Shown here one piece after another: positions 12,153 through 25,053 of a DNA stretch of 44,909 nucleotides. The position numbers and the translations under genes are program-made. The notes beneath the pieces were generated by a model, which saw only the letters and a program-made list of their open reading frames with translations, was not told where the DNA came from and made no database searches. Numbering within the stretch: the stretch's first letter is position 1; every line of letters starts with the position of its first letter. Origin of the DNA: Octopus sinensis (Eukaryota). The stretch covers positions 1-44,909 of the forward strand of contig NW_021835166.1 of NCBI RefSeq assembly GCF_006345805.1, given 5' to 3'.

Positions 12153-12448
12153 TGTATGTATGTATGTATGTATGTATGTATGTATGTATGTATGTATGTA
12201 TGTGTTTGGTAATTTTGTAGAAACACCAGGTAATTGAAATTTTGAATAAGATATTAGAAAGCCACCGGGTGCATCGTTTCTAAATGTGCTGTTGATTATA
12301 AACAAATAAGCCGTCCACAGCATTTTATTTACACCCATAAGCGTGCGTTACATACTCGCACCTACACATACATACGTACTAAGAAACATATGGTGTGTGA
12401 TTCTCCCTCTGTCTGTATATCTGTATGGATGTTTGTCTCTGTGACCAT

Positions 12449-12505
<57 letters not shown>

Positions 12506-12878
12506 CACAACGAACTACCTATTTATATATATATATATATGTATGTATGTATGTATATATGCATGTATATGCATGTATATGTATATATATATTTGTGTGA
12601 ATGTATAATATTCACAACTAACTACTTACATATCTACAAACATATACACACACGCATACGCACACACACACGCGTATAATTAAAGTAGACGGCAGTGTGC
12701 AATGTTTCACCTAAAAGGAAAACTATAATCCCCACTAAATGTAAGCAGGGTGTTAGAAACACCTACATTTCTAGCAGTGTAGATGTCTATAACACCCCAC
12801 TCACATTTACTGAAGATTATATATACATATATATATATATGTATGTATATGTATGTATATGTGTGTGTGTGTGTGTGT

Positions 12879-13150
12879 GGAGGCGCAATGGCCTAGTGGT
12901 TAGGATCTCGGTTTCGATTCCCAGACCGAGCGTTGTGAGCGTTTATAGAGCGAAAACACCTAAAGTTCCACGAGACTCCCGCTGGGGGTGGTGGCGATCC
13001 CTGCTGTATTCTTTCGTCACAACTTTCTCTCACTCTTTCTTCTATTGGCCTGCTCGCTTAGCCAGCGGGGTGGCGTGATTTGATGGCTAAAACAATGCGA
13101 GGCGCATTGTGACCAGCGATGTGTAGCAACATCTGATAACCTGGTCGGTC
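12879..13150 (+). mobile_element. SINE family C with non-V 3' tail
   Basis: same GGAGGCGCAATGGCC..GGTTTCGATTCCCAGACCG..GAGCGAAAACACCTAAAG head as 9858; tail ends GGTCGGTCACGGTGATCACGGTGA-(TA)n. Confidence 0.8.
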
Positions 13151-13419
13151 ACGGTGATCACGGTGATATATATATATATATATGTATATGTATGTATGTG
13201 TATTACCTTCACAACAAACTACCTTTATATCTACACACACATACACGTACGCATATACTTAGCATATATGCCTCTATACATGCATCTAATCATATGCACG
13301 TACGTGCACATGGATGCATGTGTATAGGTATGTAAATGTGAAGAGATGTCTACAGACATACAGACATATGTAACTATATAAACATCCTTTACGTTATATT
13401 CACACACGGAAGTCCACCA

Positions 13420-13599
13420 ACACCATCACCATCACTATCATCATCATCCATATTTATCATTATCATCATCATTAATATAATCATCATCATCATCATCATC
13501 ATCCATATTTATCATTATCATCATCATTAATATCATCACCATCATCATCATCCATATTCATCATCATCATCATCATCATCATCCATATTTATCATCATT

Positions 13600-13634
<35 letters not shown>

Positions 13635-13686
13635 TATTTATCATCATCATCATCATTATCATCAATCATCATCATCATCCATATTT

Positions 13687-13720
<34 letters not shown>
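13420..13720. repeat. (CAT)n-based minisatellite with recurring CATCCATATTTAT unit
   Basis: CATCCATATT(T/C)AT recurs about five times within (CAT)n. Confidence 0.85.
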
Positions 13721-14242
13721 GGTAATCTTTCTTCATTATTTTGAAAAAAATTTATATACTTTTGTCTGGTGTTCTTCCTCTTAAATTTTGCTTGTTCCTC
13801 TCTTGTTTCTGTATTTCTTGTTTTTTTTTCTTATTTTTTCGGATAAATTTTCAAACGTACGACATGATACAGGAAAATCCAGTATAATAAACAATATATG
13901 TTTTAATCTGGATACAAAGGACACTCACTCATGCCAAGTATCTCAAAAACATAAACAGTTAAATAGTGTAAAATTTTCTCGATAATTGGTGCAAAGAAAT
14001 ACGAAACGTCTTTTGAATCATGGCGGCTGTCGCGTAAGGTTTTGTTCTCTGAAGTTTTGTATATACCAATGAGTGTACAAATACAGGAAAAACTAAGCTT
14101 TTTTGCTAGTCACTGAACATACGATCGGATATTCTGTTTCAAATATATATTACACATACACATCCACGTATATATATGTATGTATGTATGTATTATGTAT
14201 ATATAATCTATATAGATATATATATATATATATATATATATA

Positions 14243-14392
14243 AGCGTAGGAGTGGCTGTGTGGTAAGTAGCTTGCTTACGAACCACATGGTTCCGGGTCC
14301 AATCCCACTGGGTGGCACCTTGGGCAAGTGTCTTCTACTATAGCCTTGTGAGTAGATTTCGTAGACGGAAACTCAAAGAAGCCCATCGTATA
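14243..14392 (+). mobile_element. SINE family B, well preserved
   Basis: GGAGTGGCTGTGTGGTAAGTAGCTTGCTT..AACCACATGGTTCCGGGTCCAATCCCACTG..GGCACCTTGGGCAAGTGTCTTCTACTATAGCC..GACGGAAAC. Confidence 0.9.
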
Positions 14393-14417
14393 TGTGTACA
14401 TGTGTGTGTATGTGTGT

Positions 14418-14449
<32 letters not shown>

Positions 14450-14692
14450 ATTTACATATATATATATGTATTCTTTTCTTCTTTTACAAATATTAAATAT
14501 GAGCATAAAATCTCTATAAGAATTCATCAAGTAGGCAGCGTGAAAAACCAGTTAAGGGATGACATTTATGCAAAATATTTAATTATTCCCTTTAAATATA
14601 ATACATTCATTATATTACTACACGTAAATATATACACACTCACACACACACCTACACCCACACACTCACATACAACACACACACACACACCG

Positions 14693-14726
<34 letters not shown>

Positions 14727-15054
14727 CATATTTGTGTGTGTGTGAGTGTGTGTAATGTTAGGTAATGCAAGAATAAGAATGGTTATATCTTTCTATTTAC
14801 TAGCGAAAAATTTGCAGCTCAATATCTGATAAACAGTCAATATTTATTGCGACAAAAGCTAATGATTCACTTCGTATGTACATAAGATACGAGGTGCTAT
14901 TTGCGTCTGCGAAACTGTAAGTAATGCATGTCTAAGTTATGAAACTTTTTAACACAAATATTAAATGTTGTAAACGTGCTGGGCACTTTTATTCTTTTGC
15001 CTATGGAGAAGGAGAGAAAGATAGGTAATGGGATCGATCAATCGATAGATAGAC

Positions 15055-15126
<72 letters not shown>

Positions 15127-15154
15127 GATAGATAGATGGATGGATGGATAGATG

Positions 15155-15220
<66 letters not shown>

Positions 15221-15221
15221 C

Positions 15222-15282
<61 letters not shown>

Positions 15283-15325
15283 TAGATAGATGGATAGATA
15301 AATAGACAGAAATTTATATACAAAC

Positions 15326-15361
<36 letters not shown>

Positions 15362-15539
15362 GTGTATGTGTGTGAGAGAAAGAGAGACAGAGATAGAGAG
15401 TGTGTGTATGTGTGTATGTGTGTCTATGCGTGTGCGTTTGTGCGATGCGGAAAACGCGTGTAAGTTTTATGATTACCTCATCAAAACGCTAGGAAATTTA
15501 TCGCTAAATATAAGCAAAAGCAAATTGAAGAAAAAAAAT

Positions 15540-15703
15540 GAAAAATTTAAAATAAATAAAAAGTAAGCAAATCATTTGATGAACATTTATTCCGCATCTT
15601 TAATGATTTTATATACCTACTACTACTACTACTCTACTACTACTACTACTACTACTATTCTTTTATTTATCTACATCAACATCATCACCATCATCGTCAA
15701 TTT

Positions 15704-15750
<47 letters not shown>

Positions 15751-15915
15751 TCATTATTATTAAAACTGCCATGATTATTCATATTATTATAGTAAAAGAA
15801 ATCGTTACCACTACTACTACTACTGCTGCTGCTTCAACTACTATTATTATTAATGTTATTTTTTATCATTATCACTATCTTCATTATCATCATCATCATC
15901 ACGATTTTTACTATA

Positions 15916-15967
<52 letters not shown>

Positions 15968-15990
15968 TATTATTATTATTATTATTATTA

Positions 15991-16027
<37 letters not shown>

Positions 16028-16370
16028 TATTATATTTTTATTGTTATTATTATTATTATTACTATCATCATCATCATCATTATTATTATCATTATTAACA
16101 TCATTATTAATCTTCACAAACAAGTATTTTTGTTAATTATTATTATAAACGTTAGTTTGCGATATTGTTGTCCTTATTGTTGTGTTTTGTTTAGCAATTA
16201 TTGATTTTGTTGTTTTCTTTGATTTCCTATATTTTTATTTTTATTTTTATTATGTTGTTTTAGTATATTTTATTTGTCTTCATTTCCTGTTTAGTGTTGT
16301 TTTATATCTATATAGATATGTGTTTGGCACTTAGATATATGCGTGTGCGCGTGAGCGTGTTTATATATAC

Positions 16371-16419
<49 letters not shown>

Positions 16420-16601
16420 CATACATATATATAATATATATATATATATACATATATATACATATATACATATATACATTTATACATATGTATACACATA
16501 TACATATATAAACATATATATATATGCATACATACATATATGATATATATGCATATATATACAAATTTACATATGTACATATAAACATGTGTGTGTTTGT
16601 G

Positions 16602-16640
<39 letters not shown>

Positions 16641-16954
16641 ATGTATTTATGTATGTATGTATGTAAGTGTGTAGTATAATCATGTATGTATGAAAATGTA
16701 TATTTTGCTTACGTATAGATGTCTATTTCTGTCTGACCTCGTATATTTTCACATTTTGCATCTATATATGTATATATATATGCGTGTGTGAGTGCGTGTG
16801 TGTGTGTGCGTGCGTGTATATATTATAAAACTTACGTATTTACATTTATATATATACACATATACATATATAATATACGTATATATATATATATATATGC
16901 ATAGATATATACTCTCTCTATATAAATGTGTGTATGTGTATATATATATGTATA

Positions 16955-16992
<38 letters not shown>

Positions 16993-18079
16993 CACACACA
17001 TATACATATATATGTACATATATATATTTATATATACATATTTGTATTGTGTGTATGTGTGTGTAGATCTGCGCGTGCGGGCATGCATGCATGATTGCCT
17101 GTGTCTTGTATGTATGTATTTTCTGGTGTGTGTTGTGTGTTGTGTGTGTGTGTGTGTGTGTGTTTTGTACTAGTCTCTTTGTAAGTACGTGTGATTAATT
17201 TTAGTATATGTGTGTGTGTGTGTGTGTGTGCGTGTGTGTGCGTATATGATTAATTCAAATTTTCCTCTCTTTTTCTAAATAGTTTCTCAATACCGTGTGT
17301 GAACGGATGTTGGGAGAAATTCGTTTGTTTCATAACCCAGGGCGTATAAAATGAACGACTCAATCGAAATATTCACACTTCAGTGCAGCGTTTTACCATG
17401 CGAACGCTGTATTCTTGAAACGTGTTAAATAAAGATATGAAAAAGAGCGAAAGGGGGAAGGAAAGAGGGGCAGGAATAAAGAAAAAATCTGAGAGAATAA
17501 GAAGAAGAAGAAGAAGAAGAAGAAGAAAGAAGAAGAAGAAGAAGAAGAAGACGAAAGAAGAAGAAGAAGAAGAAGAAGAAGAAGAAGAGAAGAAGAAGAA
17601 GAAGAAAAGAAGAACGAAGAGAAGAAGAAGCAGAAAAGAAGAAGAAAAGAGAAGAAAATTAAAAACTGCTCAGAAGTAAAAACTAACACCAAACATATAT
17701 ATATATAAGTTTATATGATAATTATAAAAGAAAAGTAAGCTACAGAAATTTAAAACGAAATATATAATGAAAATAAAAACGCATCGGAACGAAAACAATA
17801 AACGAAAAGAAACGAAGGAGAGAAGAAAAGAAGGAAAGAAGATGGCAAATGAAGCTATTAAATCACAGACCTCAACATGTGACGACAAGGTGTTGGTTTG
17901 ATCGGCGAATTAACATGTAGAGAAAATGTTAGTTCAGGCAAAAAATTAAAACGAAATAACTTTCGTTTTTGGCATCTATTCCTCCTGCGATTGCATCCAA
18001 CTAAATTGAAATATTGTTATTATTTTTATTACGATTATTACTGTTGTTGTTGTTATTATCATTATTGTTATTATTCTTA

Positions 18080-18133
<54 letters not shown>

Positions 18134-18456
18134 TATTATTATTCTCATCCTCACCATCATCATCATCGTTATCATCATCATCAACAACAACATACTCATC
18201 ATCATCATCGTTATCATCGTTGTTGATATGTTTTTGCTGTTTTGTTAATTGTTATCCCTATTTATTGTTGTTTGTAAATATTGTTTTTTTCTTATTGTTC
18301 ATGTTTATTTCGTCCCTTTTACTCAGTATAAATGCTCACAGTTTTTGTGTCTTTTTTTTCATTTCGTCCTTGTTATCCCCAAACGTATTAGGCCCTTGTA
18401 GCCACTGAAAGAAATTATAATCATCACCATCATCATCATCATCATTATTTTTGTTA

Positions 18457-18550
<94 letters not shown>

Positions 18551-18700
18551 CATTATTTCTGTTGTTGGTGTCATCATCACCATTATCACCATCATCAACA
18601 GCATCACCATCATCAACATCATCACCATCATCAACATCATCACCATCATCGTCGTCGTCGTCGTCGTTGTTATTGTTATTGTTGTTATTGACACGATCAT
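15540..18700. repeat. dense trinucleotide/dinucleotide microsatellite fields: (ACT)n, (AGT)n, (TTA)n, (TA)n, (GAA)n, (CAT)n
   Basis: direct reading; source of the poly-I/L/Y/E/K ORFs. Confidence 0.95.
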
Positions 18701-19144
18701 ATTCTCTTCCGTTTCATGCAATTTTCAACTGCAACATCGTCTGCTCCCCCGAGTTCTAGAAGTGTATGAAGGTTTGTCTTCTACAGATATGAAGAACTGT
18801 GATTACATTTCTACATTACTTTTGCATTGTTGTAGAATTCCTTTTTTGCTTTAGTTTTTTTTTTTGGGGGGGGGGTGCTTAGGGTGTGGAGTGTGAGATG
18901 TGAGGGGGTTCCTGCAAGTTTTACCTCTTTGTTGTGTAGACAACATGCAAATTGCGTTGTGTTGTGTTATTTTTAGGGGTGATGAGTGTGTTTTGGGTGA
19001 GCCGTGTTTCAAGACAGAATGGAATGGAGTGTTTCCTCTATATCTTATGTGGGTTGTATAATGTCAATGAGTGACAACTGAATTGATACTGGGCTGTGTG
19101 AATTGCCAGCCTCATTAACGCCTCCGACAAAACGATTAACATAA

Positions 19145-19330
19145 TTTCTTGTTGATTTTTACGTTCTGAGTTCAAATGCCGCTGAGCTCATCGATGCCTT
19201 TTGTTTTGTCTTGTCTTGGTCCATTAAATGAAGCACAATCCACGCAGTAGGATCGATGTAATCCCCTTGCTCCTCCTCTCAAAATTTCTGGGGTTTTTTT
19301 GCCACCTAACCGTCGCGCCCCGCCCCAGCT
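19145..19330 (+). mobile_element. SINE family A, diverged
   Basis: CGTTCTGAGTTCAAATGCCGCTGAG..GATCGATGTAATC. Confidence 0.6.
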
Positions 19331-20541
19331 TTTGTCCGACACGAATTGGAGCGTCTGCTCTTCCACTTTTTATCATGGGTGATGATCACCTATGATCATC
19401 GTTCATTATATATGATTTCCAGCAAGAAATAGCGGAACCGTCTTTCTCAGACTATGACACACTACCATCATCATGTGTGTATGCGTGTATGTATGTGTGT
19501 GCGTATGTATTTGGGTAGGTAGGTAGGTAGGTACGCAAGTATGTAGGTGGGTTTATATATATATATATATACAGACAGAGAGAGACCTATAGATACACAC
19601 ATTCACGTATACACACACACATATATGTGTGTATGTATGTGTATATATATGTGTGTGTGTATATATATATATACATATATATATAAGAACTCATGTATGT
19701 ATAATTTCTAATTATTAATAATTTCATTATATATACCAACACACATGCATACACCCACACACATATAGACACACACACAAAACATAGATAGAGAGAGAAA
19801 GACAGACAGACAGATAGACATACATACTTACTCACACACAAATACATACACACACATACCTATATACATGCATACTTTCCTGCATACACATACATACATA
19901 CGTACATACACACATACACACAAACACACATACATACATACATACATTCATACATACATACATATATGCACATACACAAACATACATACATACTTTCCAG
20001 CATACACATATATTTTCGTATATAACCTAAAAAGCCAATTCCAAACACGATTAGAATTATGCTGAGTAGTAGTAAATTTGCTACTTAAGTATATTTAATA
20101 AATATAGCCAAAAATATGTCACAAGAAAATACAGACACACAAAATATTACAATTAACGCGGGAAATGTTAGATTCATTCTTAACATAGAAAATCTGAAGG
20201 AAAAAAATAAACTAAAGACTTAATACAATACATAACTAATAAACAACATTCTTATAAACTGCTAAATATTTTAAACATACTTAAAACGTATAAACATTGT
20301 CGTTATAAGTCGTTTTATTTCGGGCTTCGTGTTATTAGTTTGTAGAAGTTTAAAAAATAAAATGAATGTATAATAACATAAATAAATATTCTATTAATAA
20401 ATGGAATTAAGTAAAACAGTATTTTAGAGAAATATATGTTTTATATATACATCTATGTATTCACAGAAGTATATATATATATATTTTTTTTTTGTTTTGT
20501 GTATGTATGTATGTATGTATGTATGTATGTATGTATGTATG

Positions 20542-20599
<58 letters not shown>

Positions 20600-20717
20600 T
20601 ATATATATATATATAATTGCGGTTTTGCGTATATACTTCAGATGTATACATATAATGCAATATATTATCATTATTATATATATGTGTATATATAAGTATA
20701 CTATCTATATATATATA

Positions 20718-20756
<39 letters not shown>

Positions 20757-20778
20757 TATATATATATATTATATATAT

Positions 20779-20818
<40 letters not shown>

Positions 20819-21584
20819 GCTTGTCTGTGCATATACTTGAACGTATACATATAATGCATATATCATCGTTATTAATTTATATATATATGTATATATATAT
20901 ATTGTGTATACATATATTATATAGATGTATATATATATATATATTATGACAATGATAATATATTATATTATATGAATACATTTTAGGTATATTCTCAACC
21001 ACGCACTTAAACATATATGTATGTATATATATATATATATATAATATACACGCACACGCACACACACACACTTATATATTTATATTTATGTATTAATATT
21101 TGCTTTCATCTTCGTTATAATAAAAAGAATTTTAAATCAACCTGATGAGTTACGCTATACATTTTGTAGAGTATGAATTTATTATAGTTATACAAGAATA
21201 TCATCAACAGTGACTTCGAAGGCTGGGCTAGTTTAGTCATCGTCTGACTGTTGATAGAGGCTTAACTGACACAAATTTTGATGTCACTGTCACTCGTTTA
21301 AGAATGATATATGTATGTACGTTTACTTTGTATGTATGCATGTGTGTACATATGTCTGTAGCTATGTATCTACGTGTGTGCGTATATAAAACTATATATG
21401 TATATGTATGTATTATGGAGGTATATATGCGTAAATATATATGTGTGTTAATATATATATGTATGTATGTATGTATGTGGATAGGTAGGTATATATGACT
21501 ATATATATATATGTTTGTGTATTTATATATATATATTTTATATATATATATATACGACATATATATATATATGTTTGTGTATTT

Positions 21585-21630
<46 letters not shown>

Positions 21631-22098
21631 ATATATATGCATGTATATGCGTGGGTTTGTCTGTGTACGGGTGTGGGGGTGGGGTGCGGGTGATTATGTG
21701 CTTGTATAGCCCTGGCCGCCGTTTTGAGCAAATGTCAACGACTAACCTCTTTATGAGTCTTGCTCAATAGAATTTTGATAGAGGCAGTGTGCGAAAACTG
21801 TAGATAGATAGATAGAGAGATAGATTGATATATATGCGTATATACATATATGTATATATGTATGCTTATATATACATACATATATATATGGGCGATTAAT
21901 AATCTAAAGTCTCTAAAGTTTCTGCCCCAGCATGACCACAGCCAGTGAAAGAAAAGCTAGTAAAAAGAAAATAAAGGTATAAAATTTATACGCAAACACA
22001 CACACACGCACACAATCACACACACACATATATATATAATATATATATATATACATACTTGCACACATAGATTCATGTATAATACACACATGCATATA

Positions 22099-22130
<32 letters not shown>

Positions 22131-22222
22131 CGCACATACATATACATTTATGTATTTCAAATTTCTCTTTTAATTACAGTTCAGTTACATTTTTTTAATT
22201 ACAGCATCATAAATTACATATG

Positions 22223-22262
<40 letters not shown>

Positions 22263-22286
22263 AATATAATATATATATATATATAT

Positions 22287-22338
<52 letters not shown>

Positions 22339-23109
22339 TCACACAAACACAGAACATATGCTTATGTTTGTCTATAATGTGCCAATATACGTTTGTGTGT
22401 ATACTTTGTGTGTGCATTTTGTAATGCGTGAGTGTAATGTTTTCGAACCTTGCCACTAGGCAAGAAACTTCAGGGAGGACACTGATGATTAAATTGGCCT
22501 CAATACTCGATTGGTTTTAATATTATCGATCCCAAATGAATGAAAGTCAAAGTCCACAACAGCGATGTTTAAATTCAATAAGCCTCAGGGCATGTTGTCC
22601 TCTTGCTACGATGTCTTCTTAATCATTTCGTTATTAATAAAAGCAGTAGGAAACAAATCCTAGTCTTTCATACACATATAAAAGGGAGTGAACTCAACAT
22701 TTAGCAAATGAAGACCGGATTAGCTTTGTATGCGAGAGTATGTCTTCGCTGACGGCAATTAATTGTATTCGAACGTGGAACCTATATAAAACTGGATGAA
22801 GTGAATTGTTTTTAGATTGAAAGATCACTCAATATATTTAAGTAGATTATTTCATATATTATATTTCTACGATGTAATGTTTGATAGTAACTACGAATGT
22901 TGGATTCATTTTTTTTCTTTTCTCTTATAAGACCATCTGGCGAAGATGTCTAAGTGAATCCCCGATGGCTTCAACATTTTCCTTGTAAAACTACTATACA
23001 CATGTGTATATGTTTATATATTTCTATATGCGTGTGTGTGTATGTATGTACGCATGCATGTATGTATATATGTGTATGTATATTTTTCTTTGTTTCGCAT
23101 CACAATCAG

Positions 23110-23282
23110 AGTTGGTTTGTTTGCATCCCCATGGCGTAGCGTTCGGTAAAAAAAAGTGCGATAGAGTAAGTTCTAGGTTTAAAAAATTTTGTACTGCAGT
23201 AGATTTCTTCGATCAAACCTTTCAAGGGGTGCACCAGCATGGCCGCATTCCAATAACTGAAACAAATCAAAGAGAAAAGACA
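23110..23282 (+). mobile_element. SINE family D 3' part (LINE-like tail)
   Basis: GGTGCACCAGCATGGCCGCATTCCAATAACTGAAACAA tail, shared with the LINE 3' end at 7349-7387. Confidence 0.7.
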
Positions 23283-23328
23283 AAGTACAATAGATGTGTG
23301 TGCGCGCGTGCGTATCAGTAAACATACG

Positions 23329-23363
<35 letters not shown>

Positions 23364-23408
23364 TTGTGGTGTATATACATCGGCATTTACATATATATAT
23401 ATATATAT

Positions 23409-23522
23409 ACTTTATTTTAAGCAGCAGAAAATTCACAAATCTGTTACTCTGAGTTTCTCGTTGCCGTTCATCAGACAGTTTTTTTTTTCCACCTTGTTTC
23501 ATCACATTTATGTGTTTACTCC

Positions 23523-23525
<3 letters not shown>
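23409..23525 (-). mobile_element. ~115-bp PLE pLTR-like solo unit within (TA)n
   Basis: bounded by (TA)n on both sides; minus strand carries a hammerhead core then AAATAAAG before (TA)n. Confidence 0.6.
23438..23481 (-). ncRNA. minimal type-I hammerhead ribozyme-like motif
   Basis: minus strand: CUGU-CUGAUGA(23474-23468)-A-CG-GCAA-CG-A-GAA-ACUC-A-GAGU-A17-ACAG; complete core with a GUA triplet. Confidence 0.7.
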
Positions 23526-23596
<71 letters not shown>

Positions 23597-23601
23597 CCTG
23601 C

Positions 23602-23786
23602 AGGATTAAAATTAATCGAAGGACATCCTGAGTATATCTACCTGCTAGAAATAACAGTCAAGACTCTTATTTAAATCGACGAAATACAATGATTTTTTTA
23701 CTATTTTGGTGATTTAAATAAGAGTTTTGAATGTTTTTTCCAGCAGGTAGACATACTTAGTATGTCCTTTGATTAATTTTAATCCT
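23602..23786. mobile_element. foldback / MITE-like palindrome (~90-bp imperfect arms)
   Basis: AGGATTAAAATTAATCGAAGGACATCCTGAGTATATCTACCTGCTAG..CTCTTATTTAAATC versus reverse complement AGGATTAAAATTAATCAAAGGACATACTAAGTATGTCTACCTGCTGG..CTCTTATTTAAATC. Confidence 0.8.
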
Positions 23787-24113
23787 TCCCCTATTTGATG
23801 CTTTTAGGGAGACCTGCAATCGCCTCTATTATCGATTCCGTTGTTATGATTTTTGATTGTTGCACTAGATAATAATAGAATCAATGATATCTTCGCAAAT
23901 ATATTTTCTCCTAAATTATTTGCTCCGTATTGATATATATATATAAAGTGATAACTTGTTGCCAACTTAGTGTAGCAGTCCCAGGAAAGGGAAGAATGTT
24001 AGTGCCATTTATCCCCAAGAAACACTGTTTCTAGTTGGCTACGCGACACAAACGTTCTATGTCCATAAGTTTTCAAACAGGGGAGATAATCACCTCCACC
24101 TAAGAAAGCCAGC

Positions 24114-24158
24114 TTTCAGAGACTAGTTTCAGGGTAATTTCTCTTCATCAGTCTGAAA
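24114..24158 (-). ncRNA. minimal type-I hammerhead ribozyme (best-formed copy)
   Basis: minus strand: UUUCAGA-CUGAUGA(24151-24145)-AGAG-AAAUUA-CCCU-GAA-ACUAGU-C17-UCUGAAA; 7-bp perfect stem I, GUC cleavage triplet, palindromic stem III. Confidence 0.8.
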
Positions 24159-24292
24159 TAGCTTGGGCTTGGTATATGTCGCTGCTAAACCACTGTATAG
24201 ATTATATTACATTACATCTGTGTGTGTGTGTGTGAGAGAGAGAGAGAGCGTGTGTGTGTTTATGTCTGTATGTATATGTGTGTGTATATATA

Positions 24293-24353
<61 letters not shown>

Positions 24354-25015
24354 TGTGTGTGTGTGTTTCAGAATACAAGGTTTTATCAAGTATAGAGCAA
24401 GAAATATTGATGTCCTGGAAGGCTAGAAAGATAGAGTATTCCCAGAGCAGCACTCAACCCGTGCTTGTAGTCTTAAGTGAGACTACAGTTCTACAGGTGT
24501 AGAAAACCTAGGTGTCACCATCGGTTTAATAGTTGTGTGGGTTTAGCGAAGACTAAAATATGAAACAAATAAGAAAAGAAAGATAGTCTTTATCACATGT
24601 TTAATAGCTCTTGTAAAATCTCTGCTTTTAGCGTCAATTCCTGCAAAGGTTCCAGGTGAACATTTATGTAATATATTTATGGTTTTAAACATTACCTCTT
24701 TTGGATTTAACATTGTATCCGTCCTGTCAATCAATTCACAAATTATTTTCGTATTTCTATTTATTTATACGTGTCGTTTCCTCCGGATATAAGTAAAATA
24801 TAATGCTTGGCAGATGCTCAATGTAAGAGCGAAGATATATATATATATAATATCTATTATTTATATATATATATACATATATATGTATAAATACATACAT
24901 ACATACATACATAAATACATACATACATACATACATACATACATACAATACACACACTCACCTTCGTTTTGGGATTACCACTACTTTATTTTCTCTCCTT
25001 GTTTCTTTCTGTGTT

Positions 25016-25053
25016 CTTTTCTGTGGAAGAGCGTAAGCTGGAAACGTTAAAGA
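25016..25053 (+). ncRNA. degenerate hammerhead-like motif
   Basis: CUUUU-CUGUGGA-A-GAGC-GUAA-GCUG-GAA-ACGU-U-AAAGA; A6 is U and the closing stem II pair is mismatched. Confidence 0.4.

Noticed and set aside
24597-24723. Two tiny minus-strand exons (DGYNVKSKR / GIDAKSRDFTRAIKH) joined by a 55-nt intron
   Set aside because: Very short intron, weak second donor and no recognisable protein; insufficient evidence.
24740-24835. Hammerhead-like remnant (CTGCCAA..GAAACGAC) on the minus strand
   Set aside because: Core has several substitutions and no stem I partner; may be a decayed pLTR but cannot be supported.
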